DNA from: Octopus vulgaris | Taxonomy: Eukaryota | Length of the DNA stretch: 64,000 nt | Direction: 5' to 3' | Assembly (NCBI GenBank): GCA_951406725.2 | Contig: OX597832.1 | Span: 21,452,001 to 21,516,000, forward strand | Part shown: piece by piece, positions 27,751-41,568 of the stretch | How positions within the stretch are numbered: the first letter of the stretch is position 1 | Layout of the letters: the number at the start of each line of letters is the position of its first letter | The notes under the pieces: model-generated | What the model was told of the DNA's origin: nothing | Database searches by the model: none | Seen by the model: only the letters and a program-made list of their open reading frames with translations | Translations under genes and position numbers: made by a program

Positions 27751-28096
27751 TATTTACCTCCATTAATAACCCCACATCACGCAAGCTGTCCTCCATTAAC
27801 TACATGCGTCATCACATCGCCTTCACGTCATACCTTCCATTATCCAGCATCTACCTCCATCGTCATCATTATCATCATCATCATCATCAACACATCACAC
27901 CACCGTCATCATCACTGTCATGTCACCTCCATCATCATCATCATCACACGCCAATTATCTCCATCAGATCACATCTCCATCATCATTATCAACATCACAC
28001 CTTACTTCCATCATCATCATCACCGCATCACACGACCATCATCTTCATCACATCATGCCTCCATCATCATCAATTCACACCCCTATCATCACAACA

Positions 28097-28131
<35 letters not shown>

Positions 28132-28493
28132 CAACACACCATGATCATCACGTCTTACCTCCATCATCACATCACACGCCCAGTATCTCCATCACATCAC
28201 ACCGCATTAGTATCATCATCATCACCATCATCATCATTACCATCACATCGCACAATCATCATCAAATCACACCATCATCACCATCATCATCACCTTCCGT
28301 CACCCAGCTTCTACCTCCGTCATCACCACCGTTCCTACCACCCTCTCCTTTCAGCATCACACCGCACCTTAAACCTTCCGTCTTCCAACATCCAGCATCC
28401 ACCTCTATCATCATCACCATCACGCCACACCCTCTTCCTCCCCCGCTTCCTCTTCCTCCTCCTCCATCATGTACCACCACCACCGCCATCACC

Positions 28494-28908
28494 TATTTCT
28501 TTACTACCCGCCAAGGGCTAAACACAGAGAGGACAAACAAGGACAGATAAACGGATTAAGTCGATTATATCGACCCCAGTGCGTAACTGGTACTTATTTA
28601 ATGGACCCCGAAAGGATGAAAGGCAAAGTCGACCTCGGCGGAATTTGAACTCAGAACGTAGCGGCAGACGAAATACCTATTTCTTTACTAACCACAAGAG
28701 GCTAAACACAGAGAGGACAAACAATGACAGACAAACGGATTAAGTCGATTATATCGACCCCAGTGCGTAACTGGTACTTAATTTATCGACCCCGAAAGGA
28801 TGAAAGGCAAAGTCGACTTCGGCGGAATTTGAACTCAGAACGTAACGGCAGACGAAATACGGCTACGCATTTCGCCCGGCCTGCTAACGTTTCTGCCAGC
28901 TCGCCGCC
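28494..28908 (-). mobile_element. Family-A SINE dimer (one head, two bodies)
   Basis: Internal junction gaaatacc|tatttc at 28670-28683. Confidence 0.9.
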
Positions 28909-29830
28909 CTTCCTCCATCATGTACCTCCACCAAGCTACACTGTATCTAATCCGCACCAGTGCGCTGCAGTACGTGTCATGTGAGATGAAATATCACTTT
29001 TTCCTCCGCAACTTCTTCTCGCGGTTTCTGTTGTAATTATTCACTCCTCGTTCTTCTTCGTTTTCTTAATATTGTTGTTGTTGTTGTAACTATTCTTGTC
29101 CGTACTTGGATTTATTGTTATGACTGATGTTGTAATTGTTGCCACCGATGCTATAGTTATGGTTATTTTTGTTGTAGTGGGTATAGTACAGGTGATAGTA
29201 GAGAGTGGTGGTGGTGATCGTCGTCGTCGTCGTCGTCGTAGATCTTGATTGTAGCTGTCGTCGTAGAGGTGGCGATGGTGGAGGTGGTTGTGATGGTGTT
29301 GGTGATGGTGGTGGTGTTGATGGTGGTGGTGATGGTGGTAGTGGTGATGGTGGTGGTGGCAATGGTGGTGTTGATGGTGGTGGTGATGGTGATGGTGGTG
29401 GTGGTGGTGGTGGTGGTGGCAGTGGTGGTAGTGGTGATGGTGGTGGTGATGGTGGTAGTCGTGGTGGTGGTCGTGGTGGTCGTGGTGGTCGTGTTGGTGG
29501 TGGTCGTTGTCGTAGATCTTGATTGTAGCCGTCATCGTGGAGGTGGTGATGGTGATGGTGATGGTGGTGGTGGTGGTGGTGGTGGTGTTGATGGTGGTGG
29601 TGGTAATGGTCGTGGTCGTTGTCGTGGTAGTCATGGTGTTGGTGATATGGTGGTGGTTATGGTGATGGTGATGGTTGTGGTGGTGGTGATATGGTGGTGT
29701 TGATGGTGGTGGTGTTTGTGGTCGTCGTGGTTGTGATCGTGTTGATGATGGTCATGGTGATGCTGGTATAGTGTGATGGTAGTACTAGCTTGGTTGTAGT
29801 GATGGTGGTGGTGACAGCAGCAGCAGCAAC

Positions 29831-29873
<43 letters not shown>

Positions 29874-29979
29874 ACGGCGGAAGTAGTGCTGCTCCTGCTG
29901 GTGGAGCTTGTGTAGTTGCTGGTGTTGTTGTTGGTAGTGGTGGTGGTGTTTTTCTATGGTAGGTGAGATATTTGTTACA

Positions 29980-30380
29980 TTAAAACCGGTGGAAGCCTAG
30001 GTAGACGTGCTCTAAGCGGTATTTGTCACTGTTACAATTCGCGGCCGCAACAGCGGCGGCGGCGGCGGCGGCGGCGGGCACAGATGTAACACACGCATTG
30101 TTGGCGGTGCGTGTGTGTGTGAGTCCAATAATGGCGGTGTCGGGAGATTTAACGGCTACCATCAAAAGACATCCACTCATATCCCAGCGTGGAGAATATA
30201 TTATATTGACCGCAATAAAAAAAGAAAAAGAAAAAAAAAACCTCGCGCTTTCTGGTTGTAATTACATCCAGCGTTGGTCAAGCTTCTGATCGCCACTACG
30301 TGACTTCCTAACGGCTCGTCGACACGAAATAGTCGGACCAATGAAACATTCTTTCCTTTTCATTGATATTCGAGATACTT
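29980..30380. promoter_or_regulatory. CpG-rich unique island, candidate promoter or enhancer
   Basis: NotI site and (GCG)n, two CCAAT, ATGGCGG (YY1-like), ACGTGAC, ACTTCC (ETS-like), ATCAAAAG; motif matches only. Confidence 0.35.
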
Positions 30381-30655
30381 GATACAATGAAACACATATG
30401 TACAACACGAACATACAGTTTATATACATACATGTGTGTGTGTGTGAGTGTGTGTGTGTGTATGTGTGTGTGTGTTTGTGTGTGTGTAGTTCAAGTATGT
30501 ATGTATATATATACATATATACATACATGCATACGTGCATATACATGGAGACATATCGCACATACAAACGCATAACTTATTTGCAGATGTGTGTCATAAC
30601 ACATATACACACACGCAAACATACACACGTGCATATATATATATGTGTGTGTGTG

Positions 30656-30710
<55 letters not shown>

Positions 30711-30723
30711 TTGTGACTATGTG

Positions 30724-30765
<42 letters not shown>

Positions 30766-30932
30766 AGGAGAGTGGGAAAGTGAGAGAGAGAGAGAGAGAT
30801 TAAAACTTTATGGTGTATGTGTGTGAGCGTGTGTGTATCTACGTCAACATATATACGTGAAGTTGTATATGAGTAGATACAAATTAATATATATGTTTGT
30901 ATGCTTTTATATACATTTATACACATAAATGA

Positions 30933-30970
<38 letters not shown>

Positions 30971-31007
30971 AAATGAATAAATTCATAGACAAAGAGAAAT
31001 ATACATA

Positions 31008-31073
<66 letters not shown>

Positions 31074-31084
31074 TAAAAAAATGG

Positions 31085-31850
31085 ATATGTAACATTAATA
31101 TAATTTATTAACTACAAAATTCGAACAAATTCTCTAACAGCTGTTTATATTTTGCCCAAATATTAAATTACAATAATTAAATCATTGTATTGGGCAAAAT
31201 ATATATGCGTATATATATATATGCACTTTATGAAAATGTTCTTTCTGGCTACTATTATTTTATGTTTTATCAATTTTTCTCATTAATATCCCTCAATTTT
31301 ATAAACAAATTACAAAAGTATTCATTTATCTACTCTCTCATCTATATGATACTATAATTTATTGTAACTCACTATCTAATCTTTATTTATTTATTTACCA
31401 TTTATTGGCCTGATTTTATCCACATTATCCATTACCCACGAAAACAACCTATATCACTCTGGCCCAGGTTCATACCAATTAAATGGCATTCAGTCTGTTG
31501 CGATGATTTGCTAACATAACACCTAATAACCTAACGGTATATCTTTTCTACTCCGCTGATGAGATTTTGCCCAATAGAATGATTTAATTATCGTAATTTA
31601 ATCTTTGGAAAAAATTGAAACAGCTATAAGAGAAAATGCTGGATTTTTGCAGTTAATAAATTATATTAACACTGCATCTGCATTATTTTCTGAATGTTAT
31701 TTTGAATATTTATAAACCAAGATTTCTACTTAAACTTGTTATTTTATGAATATCACTATTCACAAAAAAATAATAGGCAACGGATCAGTAATTCATTGGA
31801 TATTTTTTATCCCTTAATGAGGTTATTTTAACCTCTTATTAAAGTTACAC
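31085..31850 (+). mobile_element. Penelope-like relic with inverted terminal copy and decayed HHR
   Basis: 31085-31200 is an imperfect reverse complement of 31563-31680; HHR-like CTGATGA-GATTTTGCCCAA..-GAAA-C-AGCT at 31556-31632. Confidence 0.65.
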
Positions 31851-31951
<101 letters not shown>

Positions 31952-32816
31952 TGTATATATATATATTTTATCTTTAATCTTTAACTTTATTCAGTCATTT
32001 GATTGCAGTCATGCTACGGTTTCACCTTGAAAAGTTTTAATCGAGCAAATTGACACGAGGACTTATTTTGTTGAAATCTAGCACTTTTTCATCGGTCTTT
32101 TACCGAACCGCTAAGTGCTGTGGGCGGAAACACATCATCACCGCTTGTCAAGCAATGCTGGTCATCAAACACATGCATATTCATTTGTTAAAATAATATT
32201 GAGACTTTATTTATTCACCCATTAATCGTATCAATAGATAGCAATACCTATTTTTAGCAATAAACTATAACCATAAAGATTAATAAGATATTTAACGGCT
32301 TAATTACACCTAACAGGTTCTAAAATTTATATATTGACATAGGATTGAGGATAGGAATGGGAGAAGAACTAAAACGGTAACCGAACAGAGAACAAAATAG
32401 GATATGAAACAGTGTAATGGGGATAAGAACTGGAAACAGCCCCTACTTTTCCAGGTATTATCGGGTAATTCAGCTAGTATATACTTATATGCAAACACAA
32501 TTAAGCAAGCACATAAAATCACTGGTGCTGGTACCATGCAAAAAAGCACCCAGTACACTCAGTACAATGTTTGGTGTTAGAAAGGACATCTTGCTGTAGA
32601 AACCAAGCCAAAGCAGACTCTGGAACCTGGATTTGCTAGCTTCTGTCCAATTCATGCCAGCATGATGACGATGATAATGATGATGATGATGATGATTTCA
32701 AAAAGATTTTAAGTCAGAACATGAAGACAGGCGAAATGCCGCTAAGCATATCATCCGGCGCGCTAACAATTCTGCCAGCTCACCGCCTTATTAATAATAA
32801 TAATAATAATAATAAT

Positions 32817-33031
32817 CCTTTTTTACTCTAGACACAAGGCCCGAAATTTGGTGGGGGGAGGGATCCAGTCGATTAGTTCAACCCCAGTACGCAACTGGTA
32901 CTTAGTTTACCGACACCGAAGGGATGAAAGGCAAAGTCGGCCTTGGCGAAATTTGAACTCAGAACGTAGCGATGGGCGAAATACTTAGCGGCATTTCACT
33001 AACGTGCAAATGATTCTGCCAGCTCGCCGCC
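32817..33031 (-). mobile_element. Family-A SINE between (AAT)n tracts (second fragment at 32700-32787)
   Basis: Family-A core and head. Confidence 0.85.
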
Positions 33032-33066
<35 letters not shown>

Positions 33067-33075
33067 TATTATTAT

Positions 33076-33109
<34 letters not shown>

Positions 33110-33110
33110 G

Positions 33111-33188
<78 letters not shown>

Positions 33189-33839
33189 TTATTTTCCTCC
33201 ATTTTCTTTCCCTTTTGCTTCTACTTCTTTTCCCTTTTCTTCTTCTTCTTCGTCCTCCTTTTTTCCTCTTTCTCCTCCTCTTTATTCTGCTTGATCATCA
33301 TAATCATCATCATCGTTTTGTCATCATTATCTTCATCATCATCAAAATCATTACGATCATCGTCGTTGTCGTTGTCGTTGTCTTCGCCGTTGTCGTCATC
33401 AACTTCTTTCTTCTTTTTCTCTTCCTCCTGCGTTCATCTGTATATAATATCCTAATAAGCCCCTCTCTCCACACACACACACACTTATACTAACTACAAT
33501 ACAACACTTTTAACAACATCGCCGAATATTCCAGAAACAAAACAAAAACGCACACACAATGGGAAAAATATAACGCAAAATAAAATAAAATAAAATAAAA
33601 TAAAATAAAAACAAAAAGGAAAAATACAGAAAAACACACACAAAAAAAATCATTCAAATAAACGAAGATTATGTAAATTTCCCGGGCGGATCCCCCTGCG
33701 ATGGAAACCATTTTGCTATTGTATCATCCCTCTAAAACGATCGCAGCGCCCTCTAGGTAGGTCTGTATTATGTATGTGCAAATATGTGTGTGTGTGTGTG
33801 TATATTTACATATGTTTATATACATATACGTGTGCGTGC

Positions 33840-33926
<87 letters not shown>

Positions 33927-33963
33927 TATATACATATATATAGATATATATATGATATATCTA

Positions 33964-33995
<32 letters not shown>

Positions 33996-34873
33996 CATAT
34001 ACATATATATATACATACATATATATTTATATACATACATATATATATATGTATATATATGTATGTGTATGTATGAATTGTGTTTGTTTTGTTTACACAC
34101 CCGCCCTTCCCCTATATGAGTCCGTTAATTAACTGCTATAACAAAGAAAGTGACTGTGAAAAGGAAACGATGCTATGAAAAGCACAACAGAATTTTTCTA
34201 TCCATTGACAGTGAGTTGCGTTGATTTCAATTCTGATTGCTGGCTTTTTATTATTGAAACAGATGTGTGAAGTATAAAATAGAAGAGGAAGAAGAGAAGA
34301 GAGATAGTGGAATTAATAAAGACGCCAGCACACACACACACACACACATACACACACACACACACACATACACACACACACACACACACACATAGATACG
34401 CACACACAAACTCGAATAGGCGCATACATATATATATATACATATATACATACATGCGCAGAAACTGACAAACGAAAAATACGGCGGAAAACAGACTAAC
34501 AAAATTCTCGCATATGCATACACTGAGGCAAATACGGTTGCGCTAACACGCAGGTGTGGACGGACAGGTATATACTCAAACGTGGCCAAGCAATACTCAG
34601 AATCGCACAAACACACACGCATGGGCATATACGCATGCGCGCACACACACACACACATATACACACAAACAAACAAACAAGCACATGCAGGTAGACAAAT
34701 TCACAAATAAACAAATGCAAAAAACGCGCACGTTGTACACAAGCTTGGATGCAGATTGCATGCACACCAATATGCACGTGGAGGTATAATTCAGGCATGC
34801 ACTCACATGCGTGTATGCAAAAGCGAATACACACGCACTGATATACATACATACAAACCTATATATATACATA

Positions 34874-34932
<59 letters not shown>

Positions 34933-34933
<1 letters not shown>

Positions 34934-35270
34934 TAAATAATTAGGGTTCAGCAAAGAATTGCTTTACCACATACCGAAGTTTAGAAATAGCAGCCAAAAG
35001 ATGTTAGCTATTTTTTCTACTTTAAAAAGGGACTTCCAGAAAAACCAAAATACTTGAAAACAATCCACTCAGTCAGAGAGGAAGAAGTAACGAAAATCAA
35101 TCAATATCAGGTCACCTATGGACGCGCGTTTCGGAATTAGGTTGGAATGAAGAATATAGAATTATACTTTACCAACCGTTTTCCTCTTCAGCATAGGACC
35201 CCATCAATAATTAAATATTGAAATATTAAATTCGAAGGTACTGGAATAATTGAACATATCTCTCCGCCTA
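34933..35270 (-). mobile_element. Small ORF-less HHR element abutting (TA)n
   Basis: Contains the HHR below; shares blocks with 15150-15200. Confidence 0.7.
35115..35197 (-). ncRNA. Type I hammerhead ribozyme
   Basis: CCTATG-CTGAAGA-GGAA..GGTTGG..CCAACC..TTCC-GAAA-C-GCGC-G-TC-CATAGG: full core, palindromic loop III. Confidence 0.9.
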
Positions 35271-35293
35271 ACGGTATCAGACAGATACGAGCT

Positions 35294-35523
35294 GGCGGCG
35301 AGCTGGCAGAAACGTTAGCACGCCGGGCGAAATGCTTAGCGGTATTTCGTCTGCGTTACGTTGTGAGTTCGAATTCCGCCGAGGTCGACTTTGCCTTTCA
35401 TCCTTTCGGGCTCGATAAATTAAGTACCAGTTACTCACTGGGGTCGATGTAATCGACTTAATACCTATGTCTGTCCTTGTTTGTCCCCTCTGTGTTTAGC
35501 CCCTTGCGGGTAATAAAGAAATA
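35294..35523 (+). mobile_element. Full-length family-A SINE monomer with 15-bp TSD
   Basis: TSD ggtatcagacagata (35273-35287) / ggtagcagacagata (35524-35538); element ends GAAATA. Confidence 0.9.
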
Positions 35524-36039
35524 GGTAGCAGACAGATAATATTCAGTGTTAGTACCGCCGAATTCAAAACATGAATGAGGTTCAATTACCCTCCCCTACC
35601 CGTCCTGTAGCTTGTTATCAGGGAGAAAATTCTATTATCAATAATAACAAAGGGTAAAATTAACACACACGCACACAAACCCAAGTTCACGTACATCATA
35701 CAGCCGTAGGCATAGAAACAAGCTCACACCCATATAAGTGGTTATCAGATATATTCGTTCGTTCTTTTCCCTCTTTTCCCATGTTATTTGAATCAACACG
35801 AAAAATATTTCTATCATAATGCTTTCTAGCTTGTTTCGACTTTTTATCTCTATTTTTCGTCTAAAACTTTTGTTTATGATTGAAATATCAAGAATTTTTT
35901 TTCTCTTTCCAGTCCTACGTCGACGGAGTGCCAAGAAGGAAAATATATTAGCATTTTCAACACCTGATTCTCTTCGTATTCTATCAAGGTTCAAAAGCTG
36001 TCAAAATCTCTCATGACATTTATGTTCTGTACGAACAAG

Positions 36040-36620
36040 CCGCCGTTACTGAAAGAACTGCACAGAAATGATTTTCACATTTCAAAGAGGGGAAATTTTT
36101 ACCTCACAGAATTCGGGCCGAACTGTCCAGTTGAAAAGTATCGATCGAACGAACTCATTCCCAAGGATCCGGCTAAGTCCACTTGGATACTGATCCAACA
36201 GTATGGGCTACTGTCATGATAACATCGCCCTTTACCTTCACCCGATCGGTGACAAACCGGGTTTCTTCACACATCAACGTTCGTCGCAACATCCCTAGTT
36301 TGCTATCAAGAAGCTCAGGTTGAGAAGTTCTGCAGCATCCACCGTATTATCCTGATATAAACGCCTTCAGATTATAACAGTTTGCGGTCGCTCTCCTACA
36401 ATCTGCGAGGCGTTTCGTTTAGCAATTACATGAATGTGAAAACGTGCTTCCATGAATTCTTCGAGTCAAGAACCGAAGATTTCTATTGTCAAGGCATTGG
36501 CGAGTTACTGAAACTTTGGCAACATGTGTTGAACAATCAAAAATATTTTATTGTCTGATTTGATAAACCTGTTGCAGAAAAATAAGAAGTGAGATAAGCG
36601 GGAAAAGAAATTGAGTGAAT
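36040..36620 (+). mobile_element. Decayed mariner transposase fragments
   Basis: EVLQHPPYYPDI..PSDYNSLRSLSYNLRGVSF..FFESRTEDFYCQGI..WQHV (HPPYSPDLAPSDY motif). Confidence 0.75.
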
Positions 36621-36658
36621 TTATCTGGCAAAGACAGCAAATACACTAAAAGGTGTAA

Positions 36659-36695
<37 letters not shown>

Positions 36696-37446
36696 CAAAA
36701 CACACATACGCGTGACCACATACAGGTATCACAGTGGCACACAGTCACAAACACACACACAGACGCATACACACATGCACACACACACACACATACTGAT
36801 AGGCACTCACAATGGTACACACGCACGCACATATACACACATGTACGCAAATGTTCAGTAACCCCCATACAGAGAAACACAAAGGTACGTAAACAGACAC
36901 ACACACACAAACACACACACATACACAAGCATATCCACATACACGTGCTTTCATTCAAGTATCATTTACACCCACAAACAAACATATTTACACATAAACA
37001 AGGGAGGCCCTACGTAGCTACACAACCTCCTAGAAATAGCACCCAAATTCTTCATCAAATCACAGGCTAGCTTCTTCAAAATAAAAATAGAAACACGCAG
37101 GATAATAGTGGTCCTGGTTTCCAAACTTGCACCTAGAAATAGGCGGGATGGTCATGGTTAGCTTCTGGTCAAATAGTAGCTACCATAAGAATACTCATTG
37201 ATCTCATTTTCTCTCATCTTATTTCTCTAAAATAACGACTTCTTTGAAATAGTAACTATATACGAGGGGTAATTAAAAGGAATTTTTCTTTTTTTGTCTC
37301 GCTTAATTAATACGTAGAGATAAGATACTGCGTTTTATTTTCTACACTAACGAGAAAAAATTGTGTCCTAATGAGGCGATCCTCTCATTTACCATAGAGA
37401 ATAACCAAGTAATTAAAAGATTACATTCACACACACATTTATCTTT

Positions 37447-37479
<33 letters not shown>

Positions 37480-37613
37480 GGTCATACTGGCGCACCACCT
37501 TTGGCTGTGCTACACCATTATTTGAAACTACCTCTGCTATGTAGCATTTGGTGAATGATGGAATTTGATGCTGCTGCCCTCATCTGTTTTTCCTGCCGTG
37601 AAGTAGGCTCATC

Positions 37614-37679
<66 letters not shown>

Positions 37680-37760
37680 CGTTCAGACGAGCTGTCTATA
37701 AGACTAAGCGCTTTGTAAACGCGAAACCATTGATCATTCAGTGAAAGGCCATATAATTAA

Positions 37761-37804
<44 letters not shown>

Positions 37805-37901
37805 TGCTGATGCAAAGAGAGAAGTAGAATTCAAAATTTGAGTATATGTATATCTTTATTGATATTTAGCAGAAGTGGCTAGTGACTATATATATATATA
37901 T

Positions 37902-38093
37902 ATTTATTATATAGAAGGAGCTTCTACAGGACTAGAACTGTTTCATTCAAAAGAAATCATCAGGAAGCTCATTCTTTTGAATGAAACAGTTCTAGTCCTG
38001 TAGAAGCTCCTTCTATATAATAAATTAATTTACTCTGCTATGTATTGAGTACCTTATTTACTGTGGTTAACCCCGACTCAACCCGGGACCTAC

Positions 38094-38097
<4 letters not shown>
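37902..38097. mobile_element. Fold-back HHR mini-element within (TA)n
   Basis: Perfect-looking inverted arms of about 54 bp (37902-37955 / 37972-38025) plus a unique tail ending in (TA)n. Confidence 0.8.
37918..37970 (-). ncRNA. Type I hammerhead motif
   Basis: GAGCTTC-CTGATGA-TTTC-TTTT-GAAT-GAAA-CAG-TTCTAGTC-CTG-TA-GAAGCTC: 7-bp stem I, GUA site, U-U at the base of stem II. Confidence 0.8.
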
Positions 38098-38154
<57 letters not shown>

Positions 38155-38164
38155 GTATATATAT

Positions 38165-38325
38165 ATATACGACGGGCTTCGTTCAGTTTCTGTCTACTAA
38201 ATCCACTCACAAGGAATTGGTCGGCTCGAGGCTATAATAGAAAACAGTTGCCCAAGGTGCCATGCAGTGGGACTGAACCTGGAACAATGTGGTTGGAAAG
38301 CAAGCTTCTTCCCACACAACCAGGC
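38165..38325 (-). mobile_element. Family-B SINE, 5' half
   Basis: gcccaaggtgccatgcagtgggactgaacc. Confidence 0.8.
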
Positions 38326-38439
38326 TAGCGACTGTTGTAGAAGTGAAACCAATTTATCGCACATAAATTTTAAGAAAATCTTACAGGGATTTCCAAGTGT
38401 CAAATAGACCCCGGTTTAGAACCAGTGACAGATCTGCTT

Positions 38440-39324
38440 GGGTGGTGTCAAAATGTTCCCGGACTAATTATGTTTAATAAAAAAAATAACTTACTTACCT
38501 AGGTTGTAACATCATATCCTTCGAAATAATCACCTTGCGCAGCAATACGCTGATCCCAGCGTTCCCGCCACTTTTAGAATCCGGCCTGGAAGTCGTTTTC
38601 AGTAAGCGAGTCGAGAACCTTCTGCAATTCGCTCTGTACCTTGACAACGTTGTTAAAACGGACCTTTGTGCAGTATTTTCATATTGGGGAAAAGATGGAA
38701 GACTGTAAGTCCTAAATCTGGCAATAGGGCGGGTGCGAAATCGATACTATGTTGTTTTAGGCGAGAAACTAACGATCGAGGAGGGGTCAGTGACGGAGGG
38801 CGTTGCTGTCGTGAAGAATCCAATTTTTCGCGCTCCACAGATCCGGTCACTTTCGCCAAATGTTCTCCCTCAAACGCTTCGAAACATCCCTGGGGAACGA
38901 ATTCTCGATGCACAATGTCACATATCTAGGGGGTGACGCTCGTAGTAGGTCATCCAGATTGCTCATGGTCTTCCAGGGACGTTCTATCGCTTTTAAAGCG
39001 CCCGCGCCACTTGGAACATTGCGTACGACCCATTGCCTCGTAGTCGTAAACTTGCCGCGGTACGATCAATATCTCTGTAGCAGACATTGAGCTTCACACA
39101 AAATTCCCCGTTGGCTTTCTGTTCTCGTCCATGAAAATCGCAGACAACTGCATACACGTGATCACAGAAACGCAAATTTCACAACTTTCGAAGAAAACAC
39201 AGCGATGTCACAAGACACACTGGCTTATAAACGTCCCTGCTAGCTCTCACTGCGCACGAAACCGTGTGCAGCCATCTGTTGGCTCGCTACAGAACTAGTC
39301 CGGGAACCTCTCGATTACACCTCC
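38440..39324 (-). mobile_element. Internally deleted mariner element
   Basis: TIR core gttcccggacta / tagtccgggaac; peptides EQKANGEFCVKL, PDLGLTVFHLFPNMK and KWRERWDQRIAAQGDYFEG. Confidence 0.8.
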
Positions 39325-39656
39325 TATATCAACGTTTTATCAGATTAGCCTCGGTTAAAGAGATGCGTCAATCTACTTAAAGACGAGTGTTGTTAACTAA
39401 CAAGAGCTTCGGTGACACCTTATAGGATGCGTGAGGGTTTGTCGTCCACTAACCAGTCCTTCTTACAATGATGACAGCTCGTTGTTTATTCTTATGAACC
39501 GAGAAGCTTTCGCGATGTTGTCAACCCGATGAAGAATTTCGATTGCTCCTTAAAGATGGCTTCAGCGTTTTATGATAAAGTGTCCTAAATACATAAACTT
39601 ACACACACATACACATATATATATATATTCATACATACAAAAACACAGAATGGTAG

Positions 39657-39712
<56 letters not shown>

Positions 39713-39900
39713 GTGTGTGTACATATATCACACAAATATGTACATATATAGACAAATATGTATTTGCTCATATATATATATAGATATATATATACACATA
39801 TATATATATAAATATATATATATATACATATATACACATATATATACACACACACACACACATATATATATATATGGATATGTATATACATGAATATCTG

Positions 39901-39956
<56 letters not shown>

Positions 39957-40470
39957 AATATATACATAAACACATACACACAAATATTCAAGGATATTCA
40001 TATATATATATATGTGTGTGTGTATGTAAATATATGTATATATACATATATGTTTTGATATATATATGTGTGTATGTGTGTGTAAGTGAATGTGTAAGGG
40101 CATGTGTCTGTGTGTCTGTGCGTCTGTGCGTTCGTGTCAAGACGTCGGAGAAAATCAAAAGAAAATGAAACGATTTCAAACTGAAGAGGTTTTGACAACA
40201 GAGAAAATGAAGTGGACAAGCGGTGAGGATTTCTTTGATATAGTCATTATATGTATGTGTATGAGGATGTGCTTTTGTGTGAGCGTGCGTTCGTGTGGGT
40301 GATTGTTGTGTGTGGTGTTCGTATGCGTGTGTGTGCATGTGGGTGTGTGTCTGAAGAGATTTTTCTGAAGAGGAATTGAAGTAGACAAGTGTTGATGAAT
40401 TTGATATATACATGTGTGTGTTATAAGTGTCTATATATGTCTGCATAGGTAGAAAGATAAATAGATAGAT

Positions 40471-40634
<164 letters not shown>

Positions 40635-40787
40635 GCAACAATGAGGAGAAAGAAGGAAAGAAAAAAACAATGAATTGATGAAAGAAAGAAAGAAAGAAAG
40701 AAAGAAAAAAGAAAAAGAAAGAAAGAAAAAAGGAGGTAAGAAAGGACGCAAGAAAGAAAGAAATAAGGTAAGAAAGAAATGAAGAAA

Positions 40788-40825
<38 letters not shown>

Positions 40826-40932
40826 AAAAAGAAAGGAAGAAGGTAAGAAAGAATGGAAGCAAGAAAGAAAGAAATAAGGTAAGAAAGAAAGGAAGCAAGA
40901 AAGAAAGAAAGAAAGTAAGAAAGAAAGGAAGC

Positions 40933-40964
<32 letters not shown>

Positions 40965-41497
40965 GAGAAAGAATTAACGAAAGAAAGAAACAAAGAAAAG
41001 AAAAGAAAAGAATGGATGGAGGAAGTTCTAATTACTTTTCTGTGTGGAACGGTACAAAAAGAAAAAGAATATGAAATGAGGCTTGAATTACATATAAGTT
41101 CAAGAAAGAAAAAAGAAATTATTTAGGCAGGAGAGGCGAACGTGGAATAAGGCTCTTTTATCATTTTTAAGCAGTGGGATGTGGCCAGGCTGGAGCACCG
41201 ACTTCAAAGGTTTTAGTCAATCACATCGACTAAAGTATACATATTCCAGTTTTGTGCTGACCGTATTTTAATGGCATGAATGAGAATATTACAAGGATCC
41301 CAATTTCTGCCGGGCATATTCAAGAAGAATTGAACGTCAAGGACTTAATTAGCATATGGGAGGCCCAAATTTGCATATAGGACAAGGGCTGATACTTCCT
41401 TTTTTTATGTTATCAAATACGCGTTTTTTTAAATATCGTTTTGTGGAACCCTCACGCGTACAGGAACACACACAAACATACATAATGTCTTGCATGC

Positions 41498-41550
41498 AGT
41501 AATCCCTCGCCATATCGCGGCTCACCTATCGCGGTTCACCTATCGCGGTT
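41498..41550 (+). mobile_element. pogo/Tigger-like terminal fragment
   Basis: cagtaatccctcgccatatcgcgg with subterminal tcacctatcgcgg repeats. Confidence 0.5.
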
Positions 41551-41568
41551 TATTATTGAAGCTTACAA

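Noticed and set aside
37676-37745. CAGACGA-GC..GC-GAAAC in a TA-embedded island
   Set aside because: Core altered and stems I and III do not pair; at best a very decayed HHR.
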